A stretch of DNA of 64,000 bases from Botryllus schlosseri (Eukaryota): contig CM119371.1 in NCBI GenBank assembly GCA_051294905.1, forward strand, positions 26,166,001 through 26,230,000. The letters run 5' to 3'. Below are positions 12,655-24,346 of this stretch, piece by piece; position 1 is the stretch's first letter; each line of letters starts with the position of its first letter. The notes beneath the pieces were generated by a model. That model was given only the letters and a program-made list of their open reading frames with translations, had not been told where the DNA came from and did no database searches. A program made the position numbers and the translations under genes.

Positions 12655-13684
12655 CAGGGGTGGGCAAACTACGGCCCGCAAGAGTCTACAAATTTTTTTT
12701 TTTTAAATTGATAAAATGTGTATACTAAAAATCGAAATAATGCAGGGACTTGATTAACTTTTTCTTAGTATATTTTACCATGGAAATTCTGAGACAGTGG
12801 TTCTCAAACTGGTGGGCGCGTCTCCCTTGGGGGCGTGAAAGCATCTGAAGGGGGGGCGCGAAGCTGAGCTCAACTGAAAAAATTTTTATTCCAATTAATT
12901 CCAATTCAAAGTTATTGCTCTGTATTTAGTCTCTCACCCACAGTCGTAACCTTCCACGCCATCAAACTACCCCTTGGGTTTGCTAGCATCCTGGTCGCGT
13001 TTTGTGATATGACGATACGGGGACACAAAATCTTTCATCAACATAAGGGGGGAGGGGGCTTGTCCTAAAAAGTTTGAGAAACACTGATCTAAGGTAAATA
13101 GCCTACTTAATATCACAGCGGGATAGCTGCAACGAGATTGACATAATTTGGATCACGAGTGGGATTCCAGATTGGCCACTCAATTTTTAATTATTTCAAT
13201 GTTGTGCTTATAAAAACGGCGTGTCTTAGGTAGATTCATTGTCTGAATGCGTAGAATTGGGGTATTAAAATTTTATCTACACACAGTACAAGCGTGTTTG
13301 AAGCTAACATGGTTATGATGCTGTCAGAATTGTGTGTCCTGAAACTGAACCAAAAGTGGACAAAACGCTGCTCACAGATTTAACTTTCAATCCTGTTCTA
13401 ACAATCGGGCCAACCGACTTTCATCTCCATACTTTTGATAAATTGGTTATTGAGGTCCGCTAGCCTGAAATCTCGTCACTATATGCTTCTGACGCGTGTA
13501 CGATATCATCAAAGCAGTGTTTGGCTTGTTTTAAATAAGCACATATATTATCTCCATGTCCTCACTATATAATCAAATTTCAATATTGCGTTTTGGTTTA
13601 TAATCCCAATTTTACATAGTGCGGCCCGCGAATGGATTCAGATGTTGAATGCGGCCCGCGAGTTCAACAGTTTGCCAACCCCTG
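12655..13684. mobile_element. hAT (Charlie-type) MITE nested in 9695-14088
   Basis: CAGGGGTGGGCAAACT...AGTTTGCCAACCCCTG. Perfect TSD GTCTTACC. Confidence 0.9.
12795..13086 (+). mobile_element. ~300-bp hAT MITE (CAGTGGTTCTCAAAC family) nested in 12655-13684
   Basis: TIR CAGTGGTTCTCAAACT...AGTTTGAGAAACACTG. Five family copies in this window. Confidence 0.8.
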
Positions 13685-14762
13685 GTCTTACCTCTCCTTT
13701 CGCGCTTTATTTTCGAACAATAAATATGAAAATTCCCGTGATTTTGGGAATAAAAATGTTCAGAATCTAGTCATTCATAAACATCATTAGAACATACCAG
13801 GAACCATTGATTGGTTCACAATTTTCCTTCACTCGTCCCTGAAGACATCTCAGGCACTGCCTCACTTGCCTCCCATAACCCCACGTCACTGACGTAGCAC
13901 ACGGTGGGTATGTACTGCTGGTGTGACTATGGCCATGTTTGGCTCTACATACGGATATGCTGCCAATACGCGTCACGGGTGTTCAATTGTGACGTAACAT
14001 CTGATTGACATGTATGGCTCGTTGGGAGTTACAATTGAAAATATTGGACTAATATGGCCCTTCGGTCAGAAAAGGTTCCCGACCATTGCTGTAGTGGATA
14101 TATATTGGAATCGCCTAAAGGTAACAGAAACAAATCTATTTTGTGAGAAGCAGACGATTCCAAGTTGGTATATCTATATGAGCCGCATCATTTTCCCCTG
14201 CTGTTCGCATCTGCACTGTGGGCCTCAGATTGCAAAGGACGATACTGAATTAAAATCGAAAAATGAAGCACCCCACTGAACCGCGCGCGCGGAGAGAAAA
14301 TTGCAAGATTAATTGAAATCTCTAAAAAACTCGGGAGGGAATTCGTAAATTCAATTTGCCTGTCGACGCCCGCGACCACATATTAATTAATATCCGTGCC
14401 ACGGCCGCACAAACTGTCATCTACGGCCGCAGGTTGCCCACCCCTGATATAATATAATCCTGTTGTTGAGATCCGACTGAATCTAACAGTAACAATATTA
14501 CACAAGACAATGATATTCAGACTATCAGTGGTGCATTCATATCATTTCATTGATATTTTTGAATGTTGCACGATATACTGTAATCACAAATGCGCTATTC
14601 ACAATCTAATGTAATTTGTTTAGATTAGGTATGTAGGCTACTTCAATACATATATAAATTTGTTCCTAAAAGTTTGAACTTGAAGAATTGTATTCGGATT
14701 TTGTCCCCGCTTTCATAGTTAAAAGCCATCCTTGAACCTTTGATTATCACTTCCACAATAAG

Positions 14763-15998
14763 ATGGAAAAGCGCCCGTGTGATGTATCAATGAAACCGTT
14801 TTCTCGAAGAAATCGTGAATGTTATATATCAGGAAATCCATTCACTCATGAGAGAAACCTCAAGCGTCACATGGATATGCATGTCATCGTCAAACATCAT
14901 GAATGTGATATTTGTGGAAAATCATTCACTCAAAAGTCTCACCTCGAGGCACATATGGATATACATGCTGGCGTTAAAAAATATGAATGTATTATATGCG
15001 GCAAAACATTTACGGCAAAGGGAAGTCTTAAGCGTCATATGGACGTGCACGTGCATGCTGGCATCAAAAAGCATGAATGTACATGTACTATATGTGGAAG
15101 AGCATTCGCGTGTAAGTCTGCCTTCACCGTTCATTGGGATACACATGTTGGCAAGAAGAATCATCAATGTTGTATATGTGGTAGAGCATTCACTCGGAAG
15201 GGTCACCTCGAGAGCCATATTGATGTGCATGCTGGCATCAAAAATCATGAATGTGATATATGTGGAAGAGCATTCACTCGGATGAGACACCTCAAGCAAC
15301 ATTTGGATATGCATGGTGGCGTCAAAAATTATAAATGTGATATATGTGGAAAAGCATGTGCCCAGAAGGAGAATCTGAAGCGTCATATGGAAGTGCATGC
15401 TGGCATTAAAAATCATAAATGTGATATCTGTGGGAGAGCATTCGCTCAGAAGATTGAGCTCAAGCGTCATTTTGATGTGCATGCTGGCATCAAACGTCAT
15501 GAATGTGATATATGTGGAAAAGCATTCTCTCACAAGGGTTACCTCAAGCATCATGTGAATATGCATGCTGGCATCAAAAGTCTTGAATGTGATATATGCG
15601 GAAAAGCATTCAATCAAAAGCAGAAACTCAGGTATCATGTGGATATGCATGCTGGCATCAAACGATTTGAATGTGATATATGTGGAGTAGCATTCATTCA
15701 GAAGGATGAACTCCGGTATCATATGGATCTACATGCTGACATCCAAAATTATGAATGTGATATATGTGGAAAGGCATTCACTCGGAAGGGTACCCTCAAG
15801 CATCATGTGGATATGCATGCTGACATCAAAAATTATGAATGTGATATATGTGGAAAGGCATTCACTCGGAAGGGTACCCTCAAGCATCATGTGGACATGC
15901 ATGTTGACCAGTGGCGTAGACAGGGGGGGATAATCGGTGTCCGATACCCCCCGTTTCCAAGCTCGAAATACCCCCCGTCTTACGTATATTTCCATTGA
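14763..15998 (+). CDS. Tandem C2H2 zinc-finger protein (1 degenerate + 12 intact fingers); last ~29 aa come from an inserted transposon
   Basis: 411-aa ORF with a 28-aa / 84-bp period C-x2-C-x12-H-x3-H. The linker is HAGIKxxEC rather than the usual HTGEKPY. The ORF reads into the hAT element at 15909 and stops inside it. Confidence 0.9.
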   Translation: MEKRPCDVSMKPFSRRNRECYISGNPFTHERNLKRHMDMHVIVKHHECDICGKSFTQKSHLEAHMDIHAGVKKYECIICGKTFTAKGSLKRHMDVHVHAGIKKHECTCTICGRAFACKSAFTVHWDTHVGKKNHQCCICGRAFTRKGHLESHIDVHAGIKNHECDICGRAFTRMRHLKQHLDMHGGVKNYKCDICGKACAQKENLKRHMEVHAGIKNHKCDICGRAFAQKIELKRHFDVHAGIKRHECDICGKAFSHKGYLKHHVNMHAGIKSLECDICGKAFNQKQKLRYHVDMHAGIKRFECDICGVAFIQKDELRYHMDLHADIQNYECDICGKAFTRKGTLKHHVDMHADIKNYECDICGKAFTRKGTLKHHVDMHVDQWRRQGGIIGVRYPPFPSSKYPPSYVYFH

Positions 15999-17379
15999 TC
16001 TAATATTTCTTGTTCTAATTCGATAATCCCCAATTGCCGCGCGGCATCATCACGCCATCGATCAATCAGACAATGCATTGCGGTGATGCCTTTTTCTCAT
16101 ATTGTTCTCTCGTCTACGGAAGCCCGAAAAACGCCTCTCACACGGCTCTCCCGTCTCATCTGAACGATATTATCCAGTTACAGAACCAGAAGTCACAGTA
16201 ACAATAACACTCGCATTGAAATTTCGATACCGCGCGAGTTGGTTTTCGTGTTTGACAGTCTATTGTCAACAAACGTTTAGGACATGCGCGCTAGGCTTGA
16301 ATCATTAGAGATAGCAGATCCCTACAGTACCAAAACAGATCGTACTAATCAAATGTTCTGTATGGAATCTATTATGTATTGATCCAATTTGCGATCATTT
16401 AGTTCGGTTGTTGTGTGTGGGTTTCCAGATCTCCAGCCGTTTCGTGTCTCAGGCCTCTGGCGCATCTGCTGACTGTCCTATCATAACGCGCTTGGCTAGT
16501 AGTAAAACATTGGAGGCTAGGAAAATTAGGCCGCTCTGCGACTCGCGGCGCGTGATAGTGCTACTCGATGTGCTATTGTAATAACCAGAAGTTATAGTCT
16601 TGGCCTCGACAATTCGCAATTGTCACTTCTACACCGCAAACGCGTTTAGGAATGCATTTTGATCGCGAGCCTAAGCCTGCGCCAGGCCACTGTTATTCAC
16701 GTGATGCAAGCACAAGCTCGAGCGGTAATTAGTCTTTACCATTTCCACACACCATCTTGGCAGACAGTAAAAATCATATTGATTTAAAACAAAATTAAAC
16801 CAGAATTGTTTGTATCAAACGGCAACCGACTATAATTCATTTGCGTATCTTCACTGTTCGAGTGTTCGTCTTTGAGCGCAAAATGGAGAGATCTTCCACT
16901 GTGTTGTAATATGATCTGCGCGCACTTTCGTGATTATATCCTCGCTTTGGTAATTAAGGTCAAGATACCTCGCTACCATCGAAATTTGTTTGCTACTTCC
17001 ATCTGATCTGATACATTGTGATTTGCGAGGTGATCATCGATCACCTGCTGCGTTGAGTCATGATTCGAGCGCGCTTTGTATCAAAATCCGCGCGCATGAA
17101 ACTCGCTGTCGGCAAATAGTGGCGCGCAAGGGAAAAGCGCCTTCTGTTTGTTACTGTAGCATGCGACTGCGCATAATAGAGCTATATTTTAAGATAACTG
17201 GCAAATGTTCATGTGTATAAAGACGTAAACACAAACTAGATTATCTTAACCCTCGTTGTATCGGCATTTGTGTGTATTAAACCGCAATAAAGTGGTTAGC
17301 ATAACGAATATCATCTTTTCAAAAAATATCCCCCGTATTAATAAATATCCCCCGTTTTTTTCGGCTGGCTACGCCCCTG
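15909..17379. mobile_element. hAT-type non-autonomous element inserted in the zinc-finger array
   Basis: TIR CAGTGGCGTAG...CTACGCCCCTG. Perfect TSD ATGTTGAC (15901-15908, 17380-17387). Zinc-finger codons resume in frame after the TSD. Confidence 0.95.
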
Positions 17380-17387
17380 ATGTTGAC

Positions 17388-17996
17388 ATCAAAAATTATG
17401 AATGTGATATATGTGGAAAGGCATTCAATCGGAAGGGTAACCTCAAGCATCATGTGGATATGCATATTAGGGTTGTCCATAATTTAGAAAATCTTTAAAA
17501 TGCTCCGCTGTAATGTCTTGTTCTATAGATTATTAACAAAAAACAACAATGGGCCAGAAAGAAGCACACAGGAAAGCGTTTGAAAGTAGCTGCCAAAGAA
17601 TGGGCTTTCCTGTGTGCTTATTTTTGGCCCATTGTTGTTTTTTTGTCAATAATCTATAGAATAAGACATTACCACGGAGCAGTTGTAAGATTTTCCAAAT
17701 TATGGACAACCCTAATGCATATGCATGCTGGCATCAAAAGTCCTCAATGTGATATATGTGGAAAAGCATTTAATCAGAAGGATAAACTCAATATCATAAG
17801 GATCTGCATGCTGACATCAAACAATCACATATGTGGTATATGCGGGAAATGACCAGAAATGGGATCTCAAGCTTCATATGGAGATGCTTGTGCAATGTTC
17901 ATGGAGGTATCAAGAGTCCTAATTGAGATTACTGTGGGAACTCATTTGTTCATAAACCTACCCTCAAGCGTCGTATTGATATGCATCCAGGCGTCG
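17388..17996 (+). pseudogene. Disconnected 3' part of the zinc-finger array: one intact finger, then ~3 decayed fingers
   Basis: IKNYECDICGKAFNRKGNLKHHVDMH at 17388-17465. After the second MITE comes HAGIKSPQCDICGKAFNQKDKL, then a frameshift, CGICGK*, and GGIKSPN*DYCGNSFVHKPTLKRRIDMH. Confidence 0.85.
17468..17714. mobile_element. 247-bp palindromic hAT-type MITE inserted in the zinc-finger array
   Basis: TAGGGTTGTCCATAATTT...AAATTATGGACAACCCTA, with imperfect arms of ~110 bp. Perfect TSD ATGCATAT (17460-17467, 17715-17722). Confidence 0.95.
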
Positions 17997-18363
17997 TATG
18001 TTCGTAAGAAATAGTCTCGTGTCTTTGATCAAGTGTCATTTGTGGTGTCTGGAAATGCATTTTCTCGAATTAATTCTATATGCTCATTTCGGTTAAATAA
18101 TAATATCAGAAAACCAGAAGATTTTTATTAATATGTAGTATTCTTTCAAGACAGCTACAAATGCAATGTTCATTGAGGTTATAACAAGCACTGTTCAACT
18201 CCGCCGATACGCATTCGTACAATCATAGGTGCCGACTTACCAGGTGGCGGCCACCTCCTACGAAATGCCCAAACGCCCAAGTGATTTGTGACCAGTAGTT
18301 AGTAAGCAGGCGGATCGATGCGACCTCGTCAGAGACGTCTTCGATTTCGATACGCGCTTGTGC

Positions 18364-19328
18364 CAGGCGCGTAGCCACGGTGGTTTCGGGGGTCGAACTT
18401 CCCTATTTGAAACACGAAACCCTGTCATTTTAAAATGACCATTCTAAGTCTAATATTCAATTGCAATTCAATAATTGTGTTATCAGTGTTTCGCGCGGCT
18501 GATTTGCGAGAAACGTGTTGGCAATTAGCGAGAAGGGTCAGTGATGATCTCCCTCTGAGATGGTCGCGAAATTAGGTCATTCATTCGCGTGCGCGTGGCA
18601 ATCGTCGCTAGTCTGCTTTATCGCGTCTCGAACAAGCCTGGTACCCCAGGCTTGAACAATCACATCTGCAATAGGCTCAGTTCACATTATATCATGGCTT
18701 GCCTGCGCAATCGCATCTTCATTGGCGGCTTCGGCCTGGTGTGAACGATATCATCGCTGGCCTACACGATAGCATCTGCAACAGGCCTGGTGTGAAATAT
18801 ATCATTGCTGGCCCAACTATCAGGTCCTATCTCTCGCTGGTTTGGAGACAATGTGATCGAGTGTACGCTAATTAGTGATTGTTTTATGTCATATTGATTA
18901 ACAAGCGACATCGCATAACTGAATAACATCGAATCGCTACAAACAGACTTTAACGTGCGTAATTGATTCCCACAAATACTTGAACGTAACGATCAGAAGA
19001 TGTGTATCACTGTATCATGGCTTGAGTTCTGAAAGACGACAAAGGTATGAAATCGGTGCCATCAAGTTTGGACATTTTGATTTGCGAAAACTGTCGCCGA
19101 GACTGCGTAATACGTGCGGTATTTAATTGTTCACCGGAGATCAGGGACTCGCTAATTGACAGCACTCCCCGACGCTTTGGCAAGCTTATCATAGGCCTAA
19201 AATCGCCAATACGAGAGATTATATGATCGCCAAAAACACTTGTACTTAGCCCGAATTGAATTGATGCTATTTGGTAAATTTGAAAAAATCCAAATCCCTC
19301 CCCAATTTTCCGACCGGCTACGCACCTA
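18364..19328. mobile_element. hAT-type MITE
   Basis: CAGGCGCGTAGCC...GGCTACGCACCTA. TSD GCTTGTGC/GCGTGTGC (7/8). Confidence 0.75.
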
Positions 19329-20420
19329 GCGTGTGCTGAGAAGCAGCATCCTAGATCTTCTTTCCCGATCGGGACCCCAAATATACGTTCTGCTGTTCTG
19401 AAATCTAAATTATGTGGGCCCATATTCGTTTACAAAACCATTGGTGAGCTGGCTAGCTTCGTCTTGGTAATCGGAGCGCGAAATTGGAGGGTGTGTTGGT
19501 GTGTGCCTGCAAATTGGAATTCATTTCTGCGCAGATCCGTTTCTCTAACAAGGCTTTGCCAGTGACATTATTTGGGCAATGCAGCAATGAAAACAATTGT
19601 CGCGACGAAAGCTATTCAATACTGTGTCAGGCTCAAAATCCTCTTGACTTGATCAACCAACGTATCTTGCAATCCAAGATTACGCAGTGCACGATGCCGA
19701 GTACATCAAATTCGCTAGGGATATTGGTCGCTGGCACTACAGCAACTTAAAATTGAGGATTTTGTTACGGCGTCCGAGCCCATAACCCAGTATACGCCGC
19801 TTCCTTCACCTCTCAAATACATTTTTATGCTGCCAGGTGATTAATTATTCTGGCCGTAATAAATTTTACTAACAAGTTGCTGCAATATCGATAAAATTCA
19901 GTACAAAATTAAAAATGTGTCAAAGAGCCATATCTTATTCCACAGTTGGCTACAGTGAACACTCTTAGACTAAAGTATCCAAACGGTTTCATAAGATATT
20001 CAGTTGACGTCCCTTCATCACTGCTAATACGGTTGACTCATTTATGTACATTCTACATAGATTTGAGAACATTTTCTATATGCATATATATTTATTCGTT
20101 GGAGGTTCCCACATCATAATCAAGGCAACTGGTTCCAATAAATCGTGTGAAGCGCGGAAAAAAATTTCAAGATAAGTAAAATCCGCCCTAAAAGACTCTG
20201 TTTTATGTTGATTTATGAAATAATTTTGGATCGCCAAGGAGCTTTGTACATTTTGAAAAGTTCTGTTTCACTTTTTGCAAAAACACGGTCTCAATTTGTC
20301 GTTTGTGTGAAATGTTTTGGCGTGTCATGAAATATCATCTCGCGTGCCACAAATGTGCCTGAGTTTGCCGACCCCTGCTGTGGATCATACCACTATACGC
20401 TATCTCGCCACACATATAGC

Positions 20421-20798
20421 TAGGGTTGCATTTAAAACAAAGATCAATTCAAAACAAACATGTTTAAAACAAGGCCCTCATTTAAAACATTTTTTTAAGC
20501 CCATGTCGTCACGAATATTCAATTGTGACATCATAGTGGATTGACATTGACAATTAAAAATACAGCATAAATATAGCTCCTTTGAAAAAATATCTGTACT
20601 CATAATGTTGGACCGACTATTTCGAGGATTCCAACCAACCCATATCAATATACATCGGCTATATTGGGCGGTTGTCGTCCGTAAGCTCATACAGCGTGTT
20701 TTTGGAATGTATTTAGACAATTATGGCATAAATTTACTACTTGAAATTTTTTTTTCTAGGCCTCTGTTTAAAACACCGCTTGTTTAAATGCAACCCTA
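20421..20798. mobile_element. hAT-type MITE
   Basis: TAGGGTTGCATTTAAA...TTTAAATGCAACCCTA. TSD CATATAGC/CCTATAGC. Confidence 0.8.
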
Positions 20799-23559
20799 CC
20801 TATAGCTATGATAACTAATGTAATTGGTTTTGCGATATGCCACTTGAATTTCATAACATGGTATGTCAGGATTTATGGTAACCCATGCAATTGTCTTGGC
20901 AGTCTATATAGAAATGGGTCCGTTGCATATCCGTCGTATCCTACCCAATAAAGATAGCGAAGAGTATATCAAAATATACGCTCGTCTTCATTAACTTGGT
21001 GTTTACAGCGTTGAACAAGCTCGTTTGTTAAGCGAAAAAGACCTGAGTGGAGTATTGCTTCTCATTCCCGCCCGAATGCTCATCGCCGGATTTAGAAAAC
21101 AGTACGACAAATCGACAACAAAGGATTCCAACTCCTCCACAAGCTTGAAAAGTACTCCAAACACGGCCATCAGCTCTGGAACTTCTGATGCTTCGAGGTG
21201 TTGTTCATTTCAAGTGCCCTGGCAATCGTTTCCTTACAGACTGATTCAATGCTGCCTGAATAATGAGGTTCCTCCTGCCGGTGAGCGCAAGCAGATGGTT
21301 CGAATTCTTGTCGATAACATATTGAATGTCAAACGCAACCCCAAACGGAAATACCTGGACACCATTGCACATGCGATCGTTTCCAAATACCCCAGGTCGT
21401 TAATGGATAAAATGTGCGGTGCTGTCATTGGAAGGGGCCATGAAGTACTCACGGATCAACTGTTCTATCGAGTGCAAAACGTGAATCGAAAGATGAAATC
21501 GCGGAATGCCTACCAGTGTATAAAAAATTCGAGGCAGAGAAAATGAAAAAGCATGATGTCCGATGGTACGGTTGCATCAATTGGTCGCCCCCTATCACAA
21601 ACGCGATCGAAATGGAAGTGAACCGTTTGTGGCTTCTCGAAGAAAGCAGAAAGACTCATAGAGACACAGAAAAAGTGAAAATGATAATGACATCAACCTA
21701 CCCATTGCAGAGATCAAAAATCAATGAGCGTGTTCCAGTATCAACAATTATGGCTAGGTGGCCTCTTCTCTTTGAAAATGAATTTATGTTTCAACATTTT
21801 TCTATTCTTACTGGGAAGAAACATGCGAAGGAGCTCATCGTAGGTAAGATGGACAATGTCTGCTCTCGCATTCAAAAGTAAGCAAAATTTGTTGGTTACT
21901 TGTAACTACTCGTTATCCGCATATTTCGATGTCAGTAATAATCCGTAGTCACTGCACATTGGCGAGTGGTCAAAAGAACTTGCGCAGAACTCGATAGGTC
22001 GCTGCAAATATGTTCTCTCAGTGGTGTATAAGAGGGTGTGCGAGGGAAGCAACTGCATCCGCAACTGTTTTAAATCTGTCGCGAATGGATTATTTGAGTT
22101 TCACTAGAGTTATAAAATAATATTTTACTCCTTTTCCTCACTAATGTAATATAAATGTGACATGAAACTGATAAACAATACAAAGTAAATATCTATTTTC
22201 ATTAGCACGTATATTTGTGTTACAAATACAGGCTACATTCATTGTGTATCTATTATTTATCACCCCAAATACGTTTTGTGAACCCTTATTAAGAGCATAA
22301 TATAGTGTCACCATGGCACGTTGCCAGCACATGACCAAAGATCCAAATGAAAACCGACGGAGGCGTGGACATTGAGCAATTGCAATCAATGATATGAATA
22401 TGACAAATAGTTTCAACCAAAATCTAGCAACAAATTGTGTTCGCTTATATTTCTTATACATACATATTTCAGTTTTAACTTTTTTGAAGTCATAAGTGTG
22501 TATAAAATTCTCCCAAGCGCGTAACCACTGTTACGTGAGTTTAACTGCGTTGTCGTCAATTGTCTATTTGACCGCAGGATAGCTTTCGTATCCCCAAATG
22601 TTTTCACTCCCACACGCCTATGCCTACTCCCTTTGCTCCAATTTTGGATGAAATCCGGATGTACCGTTTGCAGGGCATTAGAAGATGTGAAGTACCTGAA
22701 AGTACTAAACGCGCTGTCAAGAATTTCAACTATATGCGAACTTCTGGGATCAGAATTGTATGCTTTCTCTTTTGGCATGCTCGACCTGCTCTGTGCATAC
22801 TTTGACGAGCCAACATCTCAATTGTTCAAACCGATGGTAAGCAAAAAATTATCATGTGAGAGGTGGTCAGTTTCGAAGTACTTATACATTTTTGAAGTAC
22901 TCAGGTAGTTTCCTCTACTCGCAGTACTTACCCAAGTAAATCTAATTTCCGCTTTTCTACTTATACATCGTCATATTTGGTGAGTTGCTTCCTTTTCACT
23001 ATTTACCGTTTGTCAAGTAAGAGTATTATGTAATTCCAATAAGAAAGATACAGAGACGGAAAATTCAGGGTCTGTTTTCGTGGAGAGTCCGTAAATTCCA
23101 TCATACTCTGCGCCGAATGGATATTGAATGACCAATATCTTCCTAAATAAATTCGTGTAGCGGCTGCGTGGTTCATGAGCGCAATTTCGGGCCGCATATA
23201 GTCTCGCATATGACAATTTAATCACAGTAAGCAGAGCTAGGCAAAACTTTTGTAATCATACAATCCACCATACTTTCCATGAACTCCCCAATCATGCACT
23301 GCGGTATCCGATACAACTAATCCTTGTAGCTCATCGTCTTATTAAATACGGGCACGTTAATACGAGGACGGGTCCAATATCATAACGGGGTAACTGGGGT
23401 GATACGAAGGTATGAAACCACTGTTCTATAGCAAAGGGATTATTTGTATCACATGATGCGGTCGAATCCTTAATCTGTTCAAAATATACATCAACATCAC
23501 TTGCATGGGGAGTAATTGCAGCACATACTGCACCGTCCATATGTGTCAATTTCTAGGTT

Positions 23560-23935
23560 TTGACGGACCATGGGAGTATTGTATTAATGGGGCACAGCAC
23601 AGGCTTCTCGGCTTTTTAGGCCTTGTGCTCCACGACACAAATGTCATAATGTTCATGGGTCTTCGATCTCGTGTATTCTCGGGAACGTCCTTCAACTTCT
23701 CTTGAGGTCATTCTCTAGTCGCTCTCACTGCCATGCGTCCCGATCGTGTTCTTTGTTGTCAACTTTGAACTCGGCTCACTTTTTACTTCTGGGCTTTTCA
23801 ATGCAATGCGGTTGCAGTGATCTCCACTATAAGGAGCCCAGATAAACCTCCGACATGTAGAAGTTGGTCAGAACCGGGATTCCAAAGCACTTCCCTTGAT
23901 GTCGCTGTTGTTTAACCAACTGCACCACTCACTAA
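23560..23935 (-). mobile_element. Degenerate tRNA-derived SINE
   Basis: Minus strand has A-box-like TGGTGCAGTTGG and the core TGTCGGAGGTTTATCTGGGCTCC shared with other SINE copies. Boundaries approximate. Confidence 0.5.
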
Positions 23936-24156
23936 CGCGAACTGCGCATTTGTTTTCAGGAAAATGTCGAAGGAGGCATTGTGGCCGAGGCGCCAAGCCA
24001 TCCATTTCTAATTGCAGTCGGTAAGCAGGCTACTAATTTTGAATGATGTGGGCTTGTCACACTTTATGCAACGTAAATCTTAAATTAAGCAAACCTAATC
24101 TTCTTTGTAACTTTTTATGTACGCGTTCCTTATCTTGTCATAAATTCTTGTCCTTT

Positions 24157-24346
24157 AGTATTGCTTTCACAACTACATTCATTGTAGCAAAGAATTTATT
24201 AACTCGAAGACTTCTCGTAAGACAACGCACAGACAAATAGCGGTATGCTTGTTATTGTGCCGTTAACTCTCGATAAGGGGCACACCAAAAGTCTTTGAGT
24301 TAATATATTCTTTACTACAATGAATGTAGTTGTGAAAGCAATACTC
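24157..24346. repeat. ~56-bp inverted repeat with ~77-bp spacer
   Basis: AGTATTGCTTTCACAACTACATTCATTGTAG... is inverted at 24290-24346. Confidence 0.75.

Larger units (their letters stand above)
9695..14088 (+). mobile_element. hAT MITE (same family as 55698-56945), expanded to 4.4 kb by nested insertions
   Basis: Termini CAGTGGTTTGGAACC...GGTTCCCGACCATTG. Degenerate TSD CCATAGTG/CTGTAGTG. Segments are collinear with the copy at 55698-56945. Confidence 0.75.

Noticed and set aside
14815..15995. Overlapping ORFs in other frames and the 266-aa antisense ORF
   Set aside because: Shadow frames produced by the 84-bp zinc-finger periodicity.
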